In this document: piece by piece, positions 46,728-52,161 of the stretch | Layout: each line of letters begins with the position of its first letter | Position numbering within the stretch: the first letter of the stretch is position 1 | Assembly (NCBI GenBank): GCA_013115125.1 | Contig: JABANN010000007.1 | Location: forward strand, 124,001 to 176,161 | Length of the DNA stretch: 52,161 nt | DNA from: Perkinsus olseni | Taxonomy: Eukaryota | Direction: 5' to 3' | Position numbers and translations under genes: made by a program | The notes under the pieces: model-generated | Told to the model about the DNA's origin: nothing | What the model saw: the letters and a program-made list of their open reading frames with translations, nothing else | The model's database searches: none

Positions 46728-49700
46728 ATGGAGCCCGCTGAGGTGTCTGATCACTCGATTGTACTGTGCCTACTTACTTCTAACCTCCATCCTCATTTTA
46801 GAGCCTATACACATTAGGCGAATTGTAGGGATCCGCTTTACTGGGAGTACATAACCTCGTGGCTCGTAGTGTATCAGATTAGGCTTAGAAGCGTTCAGAA
46901 CCACAGCGCAAGCTCGCTGTCAGTGTCCTCGCTACGGGCGACCGATCCTGCAGTTTAGGCCTTCGAAGAGCTCGGTCCAAAGGTTAGGGTTCTAACAATC
47001 CAACTAGTCGGATGAATCGTCTGTTCCGGACCAAAACCAGCATGGCCGTCGCCGAAGCAGCCGCCGTAGCCAAAACCGATGCATGCACGCAAACAGAGAC
47101 AGCAGTACACATCGACAGTTACGTTATGACGGAAGATGCCGTCTGTGATGGACAAACCCAGACAGCGGACCTGCCAGTCAGGGACCAACGTAGTCAGTCG
47201 GGCAGGCGCCTTCGTACACAGTCCCCTGTTTCAGACACAGAGACGGACCGGCCCTCACGTAGGGAGAGGGGAGTTCTAGCGGATGTTAGAACCGACACGG
47301 GCCAGACCAAAGCTACATGCACAGTAGCGATCCCCTCTAGATGTCGTCAAACGCAAACGGAGGACATCACAGCGTGGTACGTCTTACCCGCCCGCATACT
47401 GACCTGGTCGGGCGTAGGGCGGGGATGGTCAGCAGAATTGTTATTGGAGGAGCTCATACGATCTCTATCAGGTACTTCTCGCCAGACCTGAGCCGTAGCG
47501 CTGAGTATCAAGCCGAACTCACGCGACTTTTCAACTTCCTTCTCGGAGACTGGAAGGAAGGCAATGTAGATGCTACCTCCTCGAAGCTTGCACACCATCC
47601 ATACGTTCGGAAGCTGCAGGCAAGACTGGTAATTCTGGAATCTGCCCGTAGTGGTACAGTAGCCGAAAGAAGAACTCTCATGGCCAGGTCATCCTCCAGC
47701 AAGAACTCGACTACGCTAAGTCGATGAACTTGGCTGACATCAAACGCTCGTTGAAGTACCCTCCCGCTGCAGCACAGTCGACTTACCCACAGCAGGCGCA
47801 CCCTCCAAGTGCCCCTTCAGTCCAGCAGACTGTTCCAGGGTCTGTAGCAACGACCGTTGACGACCGGACGAGCCTCTATGAAGTTCGACTGCCGGAAGGG
47901 ATAAATGTGTTAGGCTCTCCAGACCTGAATGCTGACAAGGTTGGGTACCTCTCTAGAGGCTCTCAATTCTTAGCCAGGCGTGCTTTCCTCGCCCTCGAGC
48001 CTCGAGGGTGGATATGCCTAGGAGGGCTTGAAGCATTGCTCGCGGGTATCATCAGCGTCTTATGACCTAGGCTTGAGTTCGAGTCGTCTAGTGTATTATG
48101 GCATTCAGTCAACGAGGGAGGGGCACTTCTATCAGTAGAGGCCTGGTCCCCAATGCCCAGGTCTCACTCACCGGCTGAGGTCAGACGCACCTGAGGAGGA
48201 ATGCAATCTTCGCAGCAGCGTCGGAAACAACAGCAGCAGTAAGCTGGAGGTCCCATACCATACAAATCACTCCAGTCCTCAGAGTTGAAGCAGAGCCAGT
48301 ACTCGCTCCTCTGGATAACAGGCAGCTCATCTCATCTGCAGAGCTCTCGGAAGCGACGCCTAAAGGTTATCACTACGATACAGGGGTGAGACCAGAACTG
48401 AGAAGCCCGGGGGCGCGGCCCGCCCCCTCTGTGGCTGTGACAAGAAGCCGCCCGACGGCTAGAGCAATTGGGACTACGCTGTCGAAGCACGCGTTGCGGC
48501 CACCATGGGCAGAGGCGGGACCTCGCGGACGTTCGCCACCAAAGAGGAAGGCGGGGGGTGGTTCCAGTGGATGGCCGCCGCAGATGGTGACGTCGACAGT
48601 GCCGAGAATCGTCCAGGGCGGCAAAGGCGTGATTGATTCTGTTGTGGAGGAGGCCGGGCCGGGGACTGATGCCCAGAGGATGATAAGATCGCCATTGAAT
48701 GCCTACCCTCCTCCAAGCACTGGCTGGCCAGAGAGTGTGAAGTCTAAATTGGCATTAATAACTGGAGGGACTTCGGTGGGAGGGGTGAGAAAGGACCATA
48801 TTGCCTCCGTGAAGAAGTCGATCAAAGAAAAAGCCGCCCGGGACGGAGCGACTGAGGTCATCACAGTGAATCCAGCACCGAAGCAAGGAACCCATTCGGT
48901 GGAGGTCACACCGTCGAAGACAATCCCCGATAGCGCGAATCCGTATGGGTCTCATAGGGCTGATCACGCTACTGCCAAGGCCGGTCCTTCCGAGCAGAAC
49001 TCTGAGGGCGGTCTCTACCGTGAGATGGAAGATGCTTATCCCCAGCCCTCTTCCGCGGACGACGCAGCGAATGGGCGAAAGTCCTCGAGGCCGGGGGACG
49101 AAGAGCCGTACCCAGGGGATTATCAGACGGGCGAGTTATCTCTCAAAGGCGCGAACGAACGGCAGCATATCGTGTACGTATCAATTCCGGTGGAAGACCT
49201 TCGCAGTGCCTTTGGAGACGAGGCGGCCCTCTGTCGGGATTTCAGCAACTCCAGCGCGATTCGCTGCTTCTTGGGGTAGGGAAGAGTTTACCACAACGTA
49301 GTTGGTGCATTCCCCCATTACCTGTCGAGGTGCTTCCGTGCAGCTGCGAGGCTGCGCAGCTTGAAGAGGATATTGAACAGAGTTGAACTTGGAATCAGTG
49401 TCGGTCTTCTCGGGAGGAGCGGCACTTGTGATGGAGGTGCTGTGCCATTCATGACGATTATAACAGTACCTGCTGTCGCATGACAGTCAATAATTCTATC
49501 TTCCTTCGTAAAATAGACAAACCGTCTTGTTGGCAGCTCGTGGAGAGCAAGTGTTGTCTGGGGTCAGGATACAATGAATGCCGGCATCCAGGGGTCTCCC
49601 TCGACGCGACCGCCCTGGCGTACAAACTCTGTCGGGTTGTCCAAGACAAGAGCTCGGAGGTTTTCACCGGTGCTTACCCTCAGTACGCCAAGCTCTTCCA

Positions 49701-51580
49701 ACGGTAGCTGCCGTGACTAAGATGAGTATTTCGAATGGGCCCACCCTCAGGGCTGTCGTCCAGTCTTCCGAGGATGCTCTCAGAGACGCTCTGCTTGGAG
49801 CCCAGGTTAATCGACAACGGTACGCGGTGTGGGGTACTCCTGTTGCAGGCCCGCATTGCTGAGTTCCCCACAAGGGCCCCTTGGAAGGCCTCGTCTTCAC
49901 AGCAAGAGCGGTGAGGTCTCGGGAAGACCATCCACATAGTGTCTCCATCTCGGAGAGAACGCTGCTCCATCAGGACCGCAGCTGCCGTGATTATTCAGCG
50001 CCATTGGAGGCGATTGATGACCAGCGGAGTTGATCAGGCGGGGCATTCTAATGGCCTATCGACTTCCAAGGTGCGGTTGGAGGGCCCTGTCCATGCATAG
50101 ACTTGAGAAACCTCTTGGTGACCTCAGAGACCCTGGCCGAAGGCTAGCAGCGTTTTACCATGGAAGGCTAACGTGTGGAAAGCTGTGAGAGCAAGAAGGG
50201 TTGGAGGTGAAGGGCATGTATACGTCGCCCCGGACAGCGTGGCCCCCCTGTTTGTCATCATCTGCCTAGGCATTTCCTACCCCACTAAGCGCGTACTTGA
50301 GTCCCACGGCTCACCCTCCCGGCACGGAGCAAGTGGCTTCGGTGTATACAGGACCAACGCAGGGCCCTACAGAGGCCCCTCATTCGCACAACCTCAAGGT
50401 GTGCATTCGGGCAGCCAATATGAAAGCCTTTGGAGACGTCAGAGCTCTGGTGAAGTATCTTGAGGACTCCGACGTGGTCCCAGAACTTCTTGGGTAGGCG
50501 TATCATCCCGACGCGCGAGTACGTTGCCGCCGCAGATGCTCTTCTGTGGTAACGCGTATATCTAGATTGACTGTGAAGGGTCATATGGTGATGATGGAGA
50601 TGAGTGTACGAGTGAAAGCAAGAGATGGGTTATGCTACGGAAATAACAGTAGGTCGTTGAGGCCCTCGCCTTGGCGGTCGACGATGCCGAATCATCCCGA
50701 TTCGCTCATGAAATTGGAGTTTGTCGCTCAAAGACTTGCGCTAAAAGTCGCCTCTTGTCCACCTGTCGGAATCGGTTCTCTGACCGCTTTCCCACGGGCC
50801 TCCACCAATATCCCATCAGCTAACTGCGATCACGCCGGAATGCCTGTGTACTCCCGTATGGTGTCTTCGAAGATGGCGCGGATGATCGAGGGCGGCCCTC
50901 ACGACATCTTCGGGAAACACCCTCGGCTGCAGGTCTTATTCGAAGGGTGAGAGACCCGTGATTGTCAAGTCAACGACTACTCTCTCAGTGCTGCTATCTG
51001 GACACCGGACGACCTTCAGAGCCCCCGATCGGCAGCAGGTTGTGTTGAGACAAAGGACCCTATACAAAGACAGGATGAGGTGGAGGGATATTCTACGCCC
51101 TGTAGTATCCGGCCTGCAGGTGAGATGCTGGGCGGCAAGGCGGATTCAGCGATGCTTTCGGCACCACCTGCTCCGAGACGGCTGGTCGACACGTGCCACT
51201 CAGCCGTGGAAGCTGGCTGACGAGCCGGCCTGGAGACAGATCGAGAGGTGCCATTGAATGAGGCCTAGGGCTACCCTCATGCCACTAGACTAGTTTTAGG
51301 TTCACGGATGCCGCAGTCATCATCCAGCACCATTTTCGGCTATGGCGCTCTTGGAGGCGCAAGAGAGTCGCGGCGGAACAGGCACATGAACAACCGAATG
51401 TACCCCAGGGTTAGTCGAGGCTCGGAAGATATTTTGGTATCCAGGTTCAATGGATTGGCGAGGCCAGGACTGCCGACCTGCCATGGGAAATATCGAGAAC
51501 CTCTCCACGAGCCACCCGTCGGCAATCGGGATAGTGTGGTTCCTCTTCAAATGCTCCGCATGATAACCATTTCGTGTTAG
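46728..51580 (+). CDS. Large multi-exon hypothetical protein (possibly more than one gene) with low-complexity regions and IQ-like motifs
   Basis: Plus-strand exon chain including a 297-aa open stretch at 48386-49279; repeated TQT motifs (47012-47491); IQ-like AAVIIQRHWRR (~49981) and AARRIQRCFRHH (~51133). Boundaries uncertain. Confidence 0.45.
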
Positions 51581-52161
51581 TAGTTCTCCTAAGGAAGGTT
51601 GTTGTAGTATACAGCCTGTTGTGGTGTTTGATGCAGTTAAAGCTGATTTTACTATACCCCGAGACGTAACCTCTTAAGGCATCCATCGCAAGGTGAACAG
51701 GCTTGGCAAGTGGGATGCTACGTCAGCCTCAGTCAAGGATGCGCGAGGGAGAACAATCGAACCTACGGATGTGCCCAGCCATTCGTTAGTAATTGGCCTC
51801 AAAGTGATCGACTAGCAAACTTCATGCGAAGGGAGAAGATCCAACTCTGTTCAGAAACTTCGAGAACGATATCGGATGTCTCCGACTCAGATGTGTGCGG
51901 TGAATAATTGATGAGCTGATTAACCCTCTCCGACACTTTGCAGCTGACGTGCAGCGAGAGAGGTGGAATTGAAGTGATCAACGAAATCGGCGCAACAGTG
52001 ACTCGTGGGCGCTGATCTCGTGCGATCTAGCGTTGTAATTCCATTCAACTTCACTAGTCGCCAACGACAAGCTAACGTAGCTAACTCTCTGCAAATCCTG
52101 CTCCGATGCACACGACCCACCCTAAACTCGTCGAACTCGACTCGTCCCGCCCTGCCGATGA

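Noticed and set aside
52119-52127. CCCTAAA telomere-like heptamer near the window end
   Set aside because: Single copy, expected by chance.
1-52161. Alternative genetic code or programmed frameshifting to explain fragmented ORFs; CRISPR, rRNA or tRNA genes
   Set aside because: The breaks I checked are explained by short GT-AG introns under the standard code. No repeat-spacer array or structured RNA gene was recognised.

Overview
Gene-dense, intron-rich eukaryotic DNA (roughly 50% GC, many short GT-AG introns of about 45-60 nt). The style suggests a Perkinsus-like alveolate protist, but that is inference from architecture only. Left to right: a full-size (two-NBD) peroxisomal ABCD transporter running off the left edge (-); TFIIH p44/Ssl1 (+); a tandem array of five paralogous ~400-aa secreted proteins of unknown function (-); an S28 serine peptidase; two tandem RWD/DUF1115 genes; an RsuA/RluB-type pseudouridine synthase; two hypothetical genes; a U1A/U2B''-like RRM protein; RNA polymerase I largest subunit (all -); then glutaryl-CoA dehydrogenase, prefoldin 6, ALG5 and a large IQ-motif hypothetical gene (all +). 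The best candidate for an undescribed system is the five-gene array at 8854-17681. Every copy has a signal peptide ending in a bacterial lipobox-like G-C-S-[ST], a Pro/Thr-rich stalk and a Cys-rich domain with glycoside-hydrolase-like motifs (GISFDVE). Four copies are intronless, one has two introns, and the copies look mosaic. Multi-exon gene boundaries were read by eye and are approximate.
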